Positions 50,785-59,199 of a DNA stretch of 64,000 bases are shown here, piece by piece. The position numbers were made by a program, and so were the translations under genes. The DNA comes from Candidatus Doudnabacteria bacterium (GTDB taxonomy: Bacteria > Patescibacteriota > Doudnabacteria > UBA920 > O2-02-FULL-48-8), in NCBI GenBank assembly GCA_016199215.1, contig JACQHB010000009.1:4905-68904 (forward strand). The letters are read 5' to 3'. The notes under the pieces are model-generated. The model saw nothing but the letters and a program-made list of their open reading frames with translations. It was not told the DNA's origin and made no database searches. Numbering within the stretch: position 1 is the stretch's first letter; each line of letters begins with the position of its first letter.

Positions 50785-51901
50785 GCATTGCGGTTGGGGA
50801 AGCGAAAGCTTTCTCACCGCGATGCCAGGAGGTTTCCTGAACTAATTTGAGATTAGGATCTGCTTCAAAGTTTTTGACTTTGATTTTTTTGTTTTTATAT
50901 CGATAATAAGCGGCCAGCCCGATCATACCTGCATTATCAGTGGCGAATTCAGGATCCGGAACAACTGATCTGATCCGGTGCTTTTCCCCAAGCAATTTGA
51001 AATTTTTTCTTAGAAGTTCGTTTGCTGAAACTCCGCCGCCAAGCATAATTGTCCTGGGATGGAATTTTTTTATGGCTTGTTCGGTTTTTGAAATCAAGAC
51101 ATCCACTATGGCTTGCTGGACTGAAGCCGCAAGATTTTTCCTGGTTTTGTTGTCCAACTTTTTGCTCGATCGAGCAATGTTTTGGACAGTGTAAAGGACG
51201 GCTGTTTTGAGCCCTGAAAAGCTAAAGGACAAATTGTTGCTTTTGATCATTGGTCTGGGGAAATCGAATGTTTTGGGGTTGCCTTTTTTCGCCAGGGCTG
51301 AAATCCTAGGGCCGCCAGGATAGCCAAGGCCTAAAATTTTTGCGCTTTTGTCAAATGCCTCACCAGCGGCGTCATCCAAAGTTTCCCCCACGATTTTAAA
51401 ATTCCCGTGGCCCTTCATAATCACTAGCAAAGTGTGCCCGCCAGAAACGATGAGGATTAAGGCGGGGAATATTTGATTTTTGAATTTTGATTTTTGAATT
51501 TTGCCAGCGAAGTTGGAATAGATGTGCGCTTCAAGATGATTTATGGGAACGACAGGAATATCCAAAGCAATACCTAAAGTTTTTGCTGTCTGTACCCCGA
51601 CCATTAATGAAGTGATCAACCCAGGGCCTTGGGTAACCGCGATTAAATCAACATTTTTCAATTCTTTTCCAGCCTGTTTTAGAGCAAGTTTGACGCAGGG
51701 AATAATTACAGGCACGTGATTGCGGGCAGCCACTTCCGGAATCACTCCGCCGTGACGGGAGTGAATTGTGGTCTGGGAGGCGACAATATTGGACCTGATG
51801 CGAGGGTAACCCTCGGAACGAGGGTTACCCTCGATGACGGCAGCGGCTGTTTCGTCGCAGCTTGATTCGAGGGCTAAAATAGTTTTAAATTTTTTAGACA
51901 T
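50777..51901 (-). CDS. tsaD: tRNA N6-adenosine threonylcarbamoyltransferase TsaD (Kae1/Gcp)
   Basis: ILALESSCDETAAAV..., ...HRGGVIPEVAARNH... metal-binding motifs; 374 aa. Confidence 0.9.
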   Translation of the reverse strand: MSKKFKTILALESSCDETAAAVIEGNPRSEGYPRIRSNIVASQTTIHSRHGGVIPEVAARNHVPVIIPCVKLALKQAGKELKNVDLIAVTQGPGLITSLMVGVQTAKTLGIALDIPVVPINHLEAHIYSNFAGKIQKSKFKNQIFPALILIVSGGHTLLVIMKGHGNFKIVGETLDDAAGEAFDKSAKILGLGYPGGPRISALAKKGNPKTFDFPRPMIKSNNLSFSFSGLKTAVLYTVQNIARSSKKLDNKTRKNLAASVQQAIVDVLISKTEQAIKKFHPRTIMLGGGVSANELLRKNFKLLGEKHRIRSVVPDPEFATDNAGMIGLAAYYRYKNKKIKVKNFEADPNLKLVQETSWHRGEKAFASPTAMPM

Positions 51902-51958
51902 GGGGTAATTATATAGAAAACCGCCTGGAGTTCCAAGCGGTTTCGCTTTGGCTATGCC

Positions 51959-52297
51959 CTAATATCTGGGCACAGGCCGTGAAATTTGGGTTAGGCTGAT
52001 AATCGCCCACGCAATCAGCCAATAAACAATTAAGGCGATCAGGGTAGTCCATTCGAAAATTCCCCCAGTTCCGGCTGTGGCAGTTGAGCGGACGATTCCT
52101 GCAAACGGATCAACGAGGGGTTGTGTTATTGAATAAATGAAATTTGTAAAGCCAGCCGTGGGCGCTGCTGCCAGGAGACGAAGAATAATTCTGATTACCA
52201 GTAAGGCTTCAATCACTCCGGCAATAAACCATATTACCCTAGCCACGATTATTTGTCCGGGCATTCTTGGAGGAGCTTGATAAATTTCTTCTGCCAT
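51959..52297 (-). CDS. YggT family membrane protein
   Basis: 112-aa four-TM protein with the YggT/Ycf19 pattern. Confidence 0.55.
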   Translation of the reverse strand: MAEEIYQAPPRMPGQIIVARVIWFIAGVIEALLVIRIILRLLAAAPTAGFTNFIYSITQPLVDPFAGIVRSTATAGTGGIFEWTTLIALIVYWLIAWAIISLTQISRPVPRY

Positions 52298-52367
52298 ATT
52301 TTTTCCTTCCTTTTAGCGGTTTCATTTTATTTTGGAGTACAAAAAAACTTCGCACAATAGTGCGAAA

Positions 52368-53282
52368 TTACAGCTTTATTGCAATTTTTTTTGATTTCAA
52401 ATAAAAGTAAGCTATTACCGCGAAAGTGACGAGAGGGGAGACCCAACTGGGGATATGAAAGCCAAAGGAGTCCAAAATCATTATTACTCCGAGGAATAGA
52501 ACCGAGTACATAGCACCGTTTTTTAGATAAAGATATTTTTTTATCCGTCCAATATTACCGATCGTGATTTGTCTCACGACCAGGGCGCCTAATCCGTTCC
52601 CGAGAATAATCAGCGGAATAGAAAAAGTAAAAGCGAAAGCACCCAACACGCCGTCAATCGAGAATGTGGTATCGATAACTTCCAAATACATAATCTTGCT
52701 AATATCTGTAAGCCCTTGGTTCATCAAATTGCGTTCGCTGGCTTCAGCGTTTTCTTTGAATCCGTGAATAATAAAAAAGGCCGTGGAGCCGACTACCGCG
52801 CCGAAAGCCATGAATGGATTGATTTTTAAGGCAAACCAGACTAATCCCGCCAGAAGGATGGAGACAACGGCGTAAAACCATACTCCTTGCCGATGGAAAA
52901 ACTTTTCCCCATACAGGCCATAATTTTTTGGTTCTAAAAATAACCAATGAAAAAAGAGGAAAATCAAAAACGTGCCCCCGCCCACTAGAAGCAGGGGAGC
53001 CGTCTGTTCAATCGCTTCAATTACCTTAGGGTCATTGCTAAAGGTGGCTGTAAGAGAGCCTAAAAACCCCAAGGAAGGAGTTGTGGCCCAAATAATGACC
53101 CAGGGAAGAGCGCCTCTGACTATAAAGACAGCAAATAACAAGCCCCAGAACAAAAACCATCTGCGGGCTTTTTGGCCCATAGTAGAAAGGACCTCGGCAT
53201 TGATCACGGCGTTGTCAATGCTGCTGACTGTTTCAAACAAAGAAAGGCCGGCGATAGTTAAGATGATTGAAAAAAAGTTCAT
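52368..53282 (-). CDS. TerC family integral membrane protein
   Basis: ...FETVSSIDNAVINAEVL... and a repeated SIDN-type motif typical of TerC/YkoY. Confidence 0.65.
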   Translation of the reverse strand: MNFFSIILTIAGLSLFETVSSIDNAVINAEVLSTMGQKARRWFLFWGLLFAVFIVRGALPWVIIWATTPSLGFLGSLTATFSNDPKVIEAIEQTAPLLLVGGGTFLIFLFFHWLFLEPKNYGLYGEKFFHRQGVWFYAVVSILLAGLVWFALKINPFMAFGAVVGSTAFFIIHGFKENAEASERNLMNQGLTDISKIMYLEVIDTTFSIDGVLGAFAFTFSIPLIILGNGLGALVVRQITIGNIGRIKKYLYLKNGAMYSVLFLGVIMILDSFGFHIPSWVSPLVTFAVIAYFYLKSKKIAIKL

Positions 53283-53328
53283 ATAGCCCGACCTTAATTA
53301 TAGTTTAAATCGCCAGAGTTTCCAAAAG

Positions 53329-53357
53329 TTGACAAACATTTTGCTTGTGTTTATTAT
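53329..53357 (+). promoter_or_regulatory. consensus sigma70-type promoter
   Basis: TTGACA (53329-53334), an exactly 17-bp spacer, then TATTAT (53352-53357), read directly. Confidence 0.6.
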
Positions 53358-53365
53358 AAGCAGTA

Positions 53366-53422
53366 ATGGCTGAATATAAAGGAAACAATCTGAAAATTAT
53401 TCCAACAGAATTCGATCAGTAA
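53366..53422 (+). CDS. leaderless 18-codon micro-ORF (MAEYKGNNLKIIPTEFDQ) between the promoter and an intrinsic terminator
   Basis: The ATG begins ~8-9 nt after the -10 element, so essentially no 5' UTR. The stop is followed immediately by the hairpin agaccg-gagcgatt-cggtct plus TTTTTT (53423-53447). Confidence 0.3.
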   Translation: MAEYKGNNLKIIPTEFDQ

Positions 53423-53447
53423 AGACCGGAGCGATTCGGTCTTTTTT
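53423..53447 (+). terminator. intrinsic terminator / possible attenuator upstream of the GC-rich ORF
   Basis: Perfect 6-bp stem plus T5 run. Confidence 0.55.
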
Positions 53448-53468
53448 CTTGCGAAAAAAGGAGGGATA

Positions 53469-53801
53469 GTGGTTGAACATGAAGGACTTACGCCGCTTCA
53501 GCAGCAGGCAATGGCGGTGTGGGAAGCCGCGAAACAAAACATTGCCCAGGCATTGAAATTGGGATCGGGGCAAGAATGGCCTGATGGGATGGTCGTGAAT
53601 GCCAATGGCCATGCTTGTTCCGTGGGATCAGGCGAGTTTGGGCACTTCGAAGTCATTCACCCCGTAACCAGACGAAGCGTTCCTGTGTTGTTCCGCGAAG
53701 GTGACACGATGCGGGCCCTTGCAAGCCAGCTCGTGAGTAAGCCCGCGACCTTCGTTCGATACCAGATTAGGCCGGGGTTGAGGAGAGCGCCAGAGTTTTG
53801 A
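53469..53801 (+). CDS. hypothetical protein on a GC-rich island (GTG start, strong RBS AAGGAGGG)
   Basis: 110-aa ORF with no recognisable family. Its composition is markedly GC-richer than the surrounding genome. It lies between the micro-ORF/terminator and tRNA-Glu. Confidence 0.35.
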   Translation: MVEHEGLTPLQQQAMAVWEAAKQNIAQALKLGSGQEWPDGMVVNANGHACSVGSGEFGHFEVIHPVTRRSVPVLFREGDTMRALASQLVSKPATFVRYQIRPGLRRAPEF

Positions 53802-53917
53802 TGCTCCCATAGGGGCTTGTCGAAGCCGGGGCTTAGGACTCATAGTCCATGCCTCGGCTTACGTATTTGTAGGCTTGAATTAATTCCGGTTTTTCGATAT
53901 ACTATCCTAGCTTTATC

Positions 53918-53992
53918 GGCCCTATCGTCTAACGGTTAGGACAGCGGGTTTTCAGTCCGCTAATCTGGGTTCGATTCCCAGTAGGGTCACCA
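53918..53992 (+). tRNA. tRNA-Glu(UUC): tRNA-Glu (anticodon UUC), CCA encoded
   Basis: Hand-folded cloverleaf: acceptor GGCCCTA/TAGGGTC, D-arm GTCT..GGAC, anticodon stem GCGGG/TCCGC with loop TTTTCAG (anticodon TTC), T-arm CTGGG-TTCGATT-CCCAG, discriminator A, then CCA. Confidence 0.8.
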
Positions 53993-54190
53993 AGAATTTA
54001 AAAAAGCTTAGTTAAGGGAATCGAACGGGTTGAAGCGAGACGAGGCATCAGCCGAAGTCGAGCGATCGATTTTGATTAAGTATCAAAATCGCAACCCACG
54101 ACACGATCACGCCAGTGATCGTTGAAGATTCCCAGTAGGGTCACCAAAGAATTTAGAAAAGCTTAGTTAAGGGAATCGAACGGGTTGAAG
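53973..54190 (+). repeat. two ~63-bp direct repeats (53973-54035 and 54127-54190, ~97% identical), each containing the tRNA-Glu 3' end (GATTCCCAGTAGGGTCACCA) plus ~45 bp of downstream sequence
   Basis: Copies aligned by eye; they differ by one extra A and one A/G. The spacer between them contains a perfect 9-bp hairpin gattttgat-taagt-atcaaaatc. Confidence 0.8.
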
Positions 54191-54500
54191 GAGACAAGTA
54201 TTAAAATTTAGCTTTTAGATATTAAGCGCAATGTTAGCGTTTTTTATTTTGACCGCCTTTGTTCCATGTTAACCATAATTTGCTTGCAATACAGCGAAAA
54301 AATTGTTTGAATATTACAAACGCGGCAGGGAATCCATGCTGTTTAATTACGGATAAAATTGCTTATCCACAAAAATTCACATTAAGACCTAACCGTGGGC
54401 TAAAAAGAGAGCAAATAACAATATATAGAAGTATTAAATAACAATTATCAAATGACGAAAAGCAAATTATTATGCTTAAACGTAATAGTCAATTTTTCCC

Positions 54501-54713
54501 ATGTTTGAAGAAAAAATGACGAATTGTCCCCAGTGCCGTAAGCCGATTTTGAAAAAAGGAGTATTTTCCTCTCCTGTCCAATTCGATATGCGGTGCCCAT
54601 GGTGCCAGACAAATCTTAAAGTAACGATTGAGGCGAAAATCGTCACCCAGATTATTAGCACTCCGGCGGAAGAAAAAATAGCCCAGTTAGGGAATAATTT
54701 TACAAACATTTAA
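54501..54713 (+). CDS. small zinc-ribbon protein (CxxC...CxxC)
   Basis: 70 aa with CPQC...CPWC spacing. Confidence 0.4.
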   Translation: MFEEKMTNCPQCRKPILKKGVFSSPVQFDMRCPWCQTNLKVTIEAKIVTQIISTPAEEKIAQLGNNFTNI

Positions 54714-54753
54714 AAATTGAAAATGAGCGGACCACGAGCGCCGCGGGAGCACG

Positions 54754-54811
54754 AGAGCCCATCTTAAGTCGACAATCTTTAGAATTGTCGCTTGTGATGG
54801 GCTCTTTTTTT
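54754..54811 (+). terminator. strong intrinsic terminator (nested hairpin gagagcccatc...gatgggctc + T7)
   Basis: Seen directly after the zinc-ribbon ORF. Confidence 0.65.
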
Positions 54812-54889
54812 ACCCAAAAGTAAAGGTCGGATTGGGTAAAATAATAGCTTAAAGATTAATCTTTAAAACTATTAATCAAAGGAAAATAT

Positions 54890-55483
54890 ATGAAAAAAGT
54901 AATTGGTGGTTTAAGCCTTCTGGCTCTGATGGCTCTGGCCTTGCCCGCGGGAGCAGCGAATATTGAGAGCATTAATGACAGCTCGGTTGCCAAGATCAAG
55001 TATCGATTAATGTTGAATATTTCAAGCTCTAACAATAATTTGGCCGCGATTGATAACCAGGTGACCGCCACCTCGAACAGCGGCGGCAACACTATTGAAT
55101 CAGCTGGTTTTCAATCAGGCACCGTATTGACCACGGGTGAGGCAGGCGCGGTTACCGAAATTGATAATACCGCGAACAGCATTGAGCTTGATTCTTCGAC
55201 TGAAGTCGAATTCGGGAGCGAAAACGATCAAATTCTAAGTGTAAACGGAAGCTCGACGGCCAAGGTCAAAAATACCCAAGATATTGTCGAGGGATTCGCC
55301 AATCTTAATGATGTCTCAGTCCTCAACGTGGGCACCGCAGTTGCCAATAGCGGTGAAAACCAGACTGTCTCAGAAGAGGGGTTACAGAATTCTGAAATCA
55401 GAGCGGGTAACGCCATTACCGCAAGCGTTGTGGCCAACCGTTTCAACCGCATCAGCCAAGTCCTTACCAGAATAGTAAGGTAG
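54890..55483 (+). CDS. secreted Asn/Ser/Thr/Gly-rich repeat protein (curlin-repeat-like)
   Basis: Signal peptide MKKVIGGLSLLALMALALPAGAA, then repeated ...NSGGNTIES.../...NSGENQTVSE.../...RAGNAITAS... units. Confidence 0.5.
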   Translation: MKKVIGGLSLLALMALALPAGAANIESINDSSVAKIKYRLMLNISSSNNNLAAIDNQVTATSNSGGNTIESAGFQSGTVLTTGEAGAVTEIDNTANSIELDSSTEVEFGSENDQILSVNGSSTAKVKNTQDIVEGFANLNDVSVLNVGTAVANSGENQTVSEEGLQNSEIRAGNAITASVVANRFNRISQVLTRIVR

Positions 55484-55538
55484 TTATAAATTGCCAAGCG
55501 GGAAAAATTTTCCCGCTTGGCAGCAGTCTTAAATCCAA

Positions 55539-58280
55539 ATGAAATACTTTATTGGTTTAATCCTAATCTTTTCTATAATATTTGCTCCTGTTTTGTCTTT
55601 GGCTGAAACAAGCGCGGTCCCAAATGAGTGTGGAATCCAAGAAAACCAGGTCCAAGCCTTGGGGGACGCCGAAGGTGAGCCTGTTTCCATCCAAGAACCT
55701 CAAGTCGGGTCAGAAACGGGAGTTGTCAGCGATACGCCCGCGGAAATTCCAGCCTCGCCAACTGGCCAGGAATTAAGCCAGGAACCGATCCAAGCGCCTG
55801 ATGCGTCGTTAACTCCGGCAGAGGAGCAGCCTTTGATTCAAGAACCCGTCGAAGAAACGGTTCCTGAAGAAATTCCAAGCCAGGAGCCGGTTATCCAGCC
55901 GGAGCAAACTATTGTGGATTGTATGGTGATAGAAAACGAGAATTTAGCCGATATTTTGAATAACACAGAAGTTGGAGCAGCAAGCGGCGGAAACCAAATC
56001 AGCGCCAGCAACGAATCCGAAAACGATGTCAGCGTTAATCAGGCTGCGATTGAAACCGGCGAGATAAACGTGTATGCCAACGTGGTAAATATAGTCAACA
56101 GCACACAGTTTAATTCCAAAATCACGCAAATTACCGAGGAGTTTAATAATTTGGCCGCGGACTTGGTTTTTAATCAGATGGAAACAGAGCCTGCCGAAAT
56201 CTCCAGGGATTTGTTGGCGGGGCTTTGCGGAGAAGATGTTCTCTGCCAAAGTGTTACCACATTTAAGCTAAGCAATAAAAATATTGCCAAGGTTGAAAAC
56301 AACGTGCAGGTTGAGGGCGATTCAGGAAATAACGGCATTGCCGGGGTTGAAGGCGAGGCAACTATTCAAACCGGCTCGGTCAATGCCTTAGTCAACATTT
56401 TGAACATTGTGAATGCCAATTTGATCAACTCCCGCTGGACGATCGCCACTTTTAATATTTTCGGTGATTTCAAGGGCGATTTAGTCCTGCCTTCTGAGCT
56501 TTATTTTCAGGGTTTCGGCAGCGGAGGAGGCCAGTCAAATTATCAAATAAACCAGTCCAACAAGATTGTTCTTGACATAGCCAATGATAATTACGCGCTG
56601 CTGACTAATGACGTACAAAGCACGGCCCAGTCAGGAGATAATACCATAACCGGCGAAACAGCGCAGGACACATTGGTCGAAACCGGCGATTCTGTAAGTG
56701 TTGTGAACACCCAGAACTTTCTAAACACGACCTTGATTAATCAGAACTGGTTTTTGGGGATTGTGAACACGGTTGGAGAATGGACAGGGGGAGTCTATTC
56801 CCTCCCTGACGAGGTCCAGATGACGCAGACTCCATTAGGAATGACGTTTTTTTCCACTTCTTCCAATGACGCGGAATTAAACAGCCAGTTTGAGGATTTG
56901 ATGTCTGAAGTTGCTGAAGGAAAAGAGGTAGTGATCGAAATTGAGAATTCAAATGAAGCTGAAATCAACAACCAGATTCAAATAGACGCCAATTCGGGGA
57001 ATAATGAGATTGTTGGCGCAAACTTGGCAAATTCAAGAATTATTACTGGGCAGACCTTGGCCCTTGCCAATATCTTTAATTTTGCCAACCTTAATTTAAT
57101 TAATTCCAATCTCTATCTTTCCTTTACCAATATTTTTGGCCCATGGGACGGAAACGTGGTATTTGGATATCCGGATTTGGCCGTGGAACACAGCATGCTT
57201 GAGGAATTTTTGCCCATTGAGAAAGGGGCGGTCGTAAATTTCCGGGTCGCATACAGAAATTTAGCGGCTTCGTCCATGGAAGATTCAAGAATATTTATGA
57301 ATTTCAATCCGGATTTTTTTGAATATAACCAAAGCAGCCTGCCGGGAGCCGAATCAGGATCAGGGGTTATAGAGTTTAACATGGGCAAGCTGCCCCCGAA
57401 AATGGAAGGAGAATTTTTTGTCCAAATGGCGCTTGCAAGAGATTTAAGATATTCAGAGGACACGGAAACAATTACCCAAATATCGGGAACCGGGCCGGAA
57501 AAAGAACTTGGCAACAACAGGTTTGCCGCATTTAGCACTACCGGGACAAGGCCGCATAACCCGCCGCCTCCGGTGCAGATTCAAGAAGCGTCCTCTTCCA
57601 AGGTTTCGACGATGAAAAATGTTTTAATATCAAAAACCAACGATTCCGCGGGAAAAACTCTTAAGATCGGCGATCAGGTGATTTTTACTATCAAAATTAA
57701 AAACAACAACGAATCAAATCTTCAGGACGTTGTAATTAAAGATACTTTAAAAGGCCCCGATGATCAAGTAGTTTCGATTGAGAATTACGGGTTAGGCGAT
57801 GTTTTTCCGCAAGAAGAAATTACTTATGCCTATACTTTGGTCATAACTGCCGAAGTCAGTCCGGGAGTCTATTCCAACGCGGTTTTTTTGGAGGGAGTCA
57901 GCAGCAACGGTGAAAAAGAAACCAGTTCTGAAGCAACAAGTACTTTCCAGATTGCCGAGAGAGAGGCGACAGTTGCCCCGATCCCTGTTGTTTCCAATGA
58001 TAATTTGATCGTAGCTGAACAACCACCAGCCATTCAGAAAATTCGACCTCGAAAGAATACAAATCCAACACTTGGATTGGTCCTGGGCGCAGTCGAGACC
58101 GTAAACTCTGGTTTGGAAAGCGATATTTTTCCCTCTTTTAGATTAGATTCCAACGAATTGCCGGAAGAGGCAAATCCGACTTTTAATTGGAATCTTGCGA
58201 TCTTTAGTTTTTGGCTGATCCTTAGCCTTGTATTGTTTTATTTTTACTGGCGGAAAAGGAAATTAACGAAACAGAATTAA
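55539..58280 (+). CDS. 913-aa secreted repeat protein with four curlin-like ~45-aa repeats, a DUF11-like beta-sandwich region and a C-terminal TM anchor with an RKRK tail
   Basis: Signal peptide. Repeats of pattern SG(G/N/D)NxIx(G/A)...TG......NIxNxxNLINS. C-terminus ...LPEEANPTFNWNLAIFSFWLILSLVLFYFYWRKRKLTKQN. Confidence 0.55.
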   Translation: MKYFIGLILIFSIIFAPVLSLAETSAVPNECGIQENQVQALGDAEGEPVSIQEPQVGSETGVVSDTPAEIPASPTGQELSQEPIQAPDASLTPAEEQPLIQEPVEETVPEEIPSQEPVIQPEQTIVDCMVIENENLADILNNTEVGAASGGNQISASNESENDVSVNQAAIETGEINVYANVVNIVNSTQFNSKITQITEEFNNLAADLVFNQMETEPAEISRDLLAGLCGEDVLCQSVTTFKLSNKNIAKVENNVQVEGDSGNNGIAGVEGEATIQTGSVNALVNILNIVNANLINSRWTIATFNIFGDFKGDLVLPSELYFQGFGSGGGQSNYQINQSNKIVLDIANDNYALLTNDVQSTAQSGDNTITGETAQDTLVETGDSVSVVNTQNFLNTTLINQNWFLGIVNTVGEWTGGVYSLPDEVQMTQTPLGMTFFSTSSNDAELNSQFEDLMSEVAEGKEVVIEIENSNEAEINNQIQIDANSGNNEIVGANLANSRIITGQTLALANIFNFANLNLINSNLYLSFTNIFGPWDGNVVFGYPDLAVEHSMLEEFLPIEKGAVVNFRVAYRNLAASSMEDSRIFMNFNPDFFEYNQSSLPGAESGSGVIEFNMGKLPPKMEGEFFVQMALARDLRYSEDTETITQISGTGPEKELGNNRFAAFSTTGTRPHNPPPPVQIQEASSSKVSTMKNVLISKTNDSAGKTLKIGDQVIFTIKIKNNNESNLQDVVIKDTLKGPDDQVVSIENYGLGDVFPQEEITYAYTLVITAEVSPGVYSNAVFLEGVSSNGEKETSSEATSTFQIAEREATVAPIPVVSNDNLIVAEQPPAIQKIRPRKNTNPTLGLVLGAVETVNSGLESDIFPSFRLDSNELPEEANPTFNWNLAIFSFWLILSLVLFYFYWRKRKLTKQN

Positions 58281-58925
58281 AATTAGGATTAGCCCCAAAA
58301 GCAATCTAAAGTATGAGGCTGATTGCCTAAACCGGTATATCCTAAGATAAGCCTCCAGAAAATTTATCGTAACCAAAACCACGGCGCTGCCGAACATCAC
58401 CGTAATCAAGATATCAAGATTGGGAATTAAAGTTTCTGAAGAAGTCTTATCTGTCAAAAACTTCAGCCCAACCGCTAGCAAGGCCGGGATGCTTAGGGTA
58501 AAAGCAATTTTTGCCAAAGCCCTGCTTTCCTTGTCGGAACCAACCGCCACTTTGAATGCTGGTGTAAGAAACCCCAAAACAGCATAGGCGGCAAATAGGA
58601 TCTTTTCGGAATGCTGAGCGTGTTTTAAATACCTCAGCCTTTTAAGAAACTCAGCTACCCCAAACGATACTGTGGCTGTTAAGAGCAGTTGCAAGCTTAT
58701 CAGAATTAATTTATGATTTAAATCTTGGGTGGTCGATAAGAATAGGACCAGAGATATCGGCAAGGTCATGAACATCAAGACCAAACCCACGTCATCATTA
58801 TTGCGTGAGTAATAGGGGGATTTTTTTGCAAACAAGCGGTAAAGAATAATCTTGATGGCGTGTTTGGTTTCAGGCCATGAATAAACAATCGTGAACAGGA
58901 TAGAGAATAAGATTAGTCTGGCCAT
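58263..58925 (-). CDS. polytopic membrane protein, weakly UppP/BacA-like at the C-terminus
   Basis: ...SDKESRALAKIAFTLSIPALLAVGL... resembles the second conserved block of undecaprenyl-diphosphatase, but the N-terminal block is not evident. Confidence 0.3.
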   Translation of the reverse strand: MARLILFSILFTIVYSWPETKHAIKIILYRLFAKKSPYYSRNNDDVGLVLMFMTLPISLVLFLSTTQDLNHKLILISLQLLLTATVSFGVAEFLKRLRYLKHAQHSEKILFAAYAVLGFLTPAFKVAVGSDKESRALAKIAFTLSIPALLAVGLKFLTDKTSSETLIPNLDILITVMFGSAVVLVTINFLEAYLRIYRFRQSASYFRLLLGLILILILFR

Positions 58926-59199
58926 ACCTCAGCTGGTTTTAATATAAACGCTAAAGTATAGCCGATTTTCACCCGATTGTCAACCCCGCGGCAAAAGCAT
59001 CGATGTTGTATTACGGGGTCAAGGCTTGGGGCCAAGCATTTTTTTTATCTCTTGAGAAAGCGATATGAATAAACTTATGATAATATTCCTAATTCCTTCT
59101 AAAATTTCCAATAATGACTGCATATTTTTAGACAATATTACGATTTGCTTTAATTCCCAAACCTCTTTAAACTAGAGCTTAAGGAAGCATTAAAACATT

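Noticed and set aside
53469-53917. Considered RNase P RNA, tmRNA or SRP RNA in the GC-rich island next to tRNA-Glu
   Set aside because: The signature elements are not present: no GGAAAGUCCGGGCUCC-type P4 region, no tmRNA tag-reading frame or tRNA-like 3' end, and no SRP domain IV GGAAGCAGCC. It more likely carries the 110-aa ORF.
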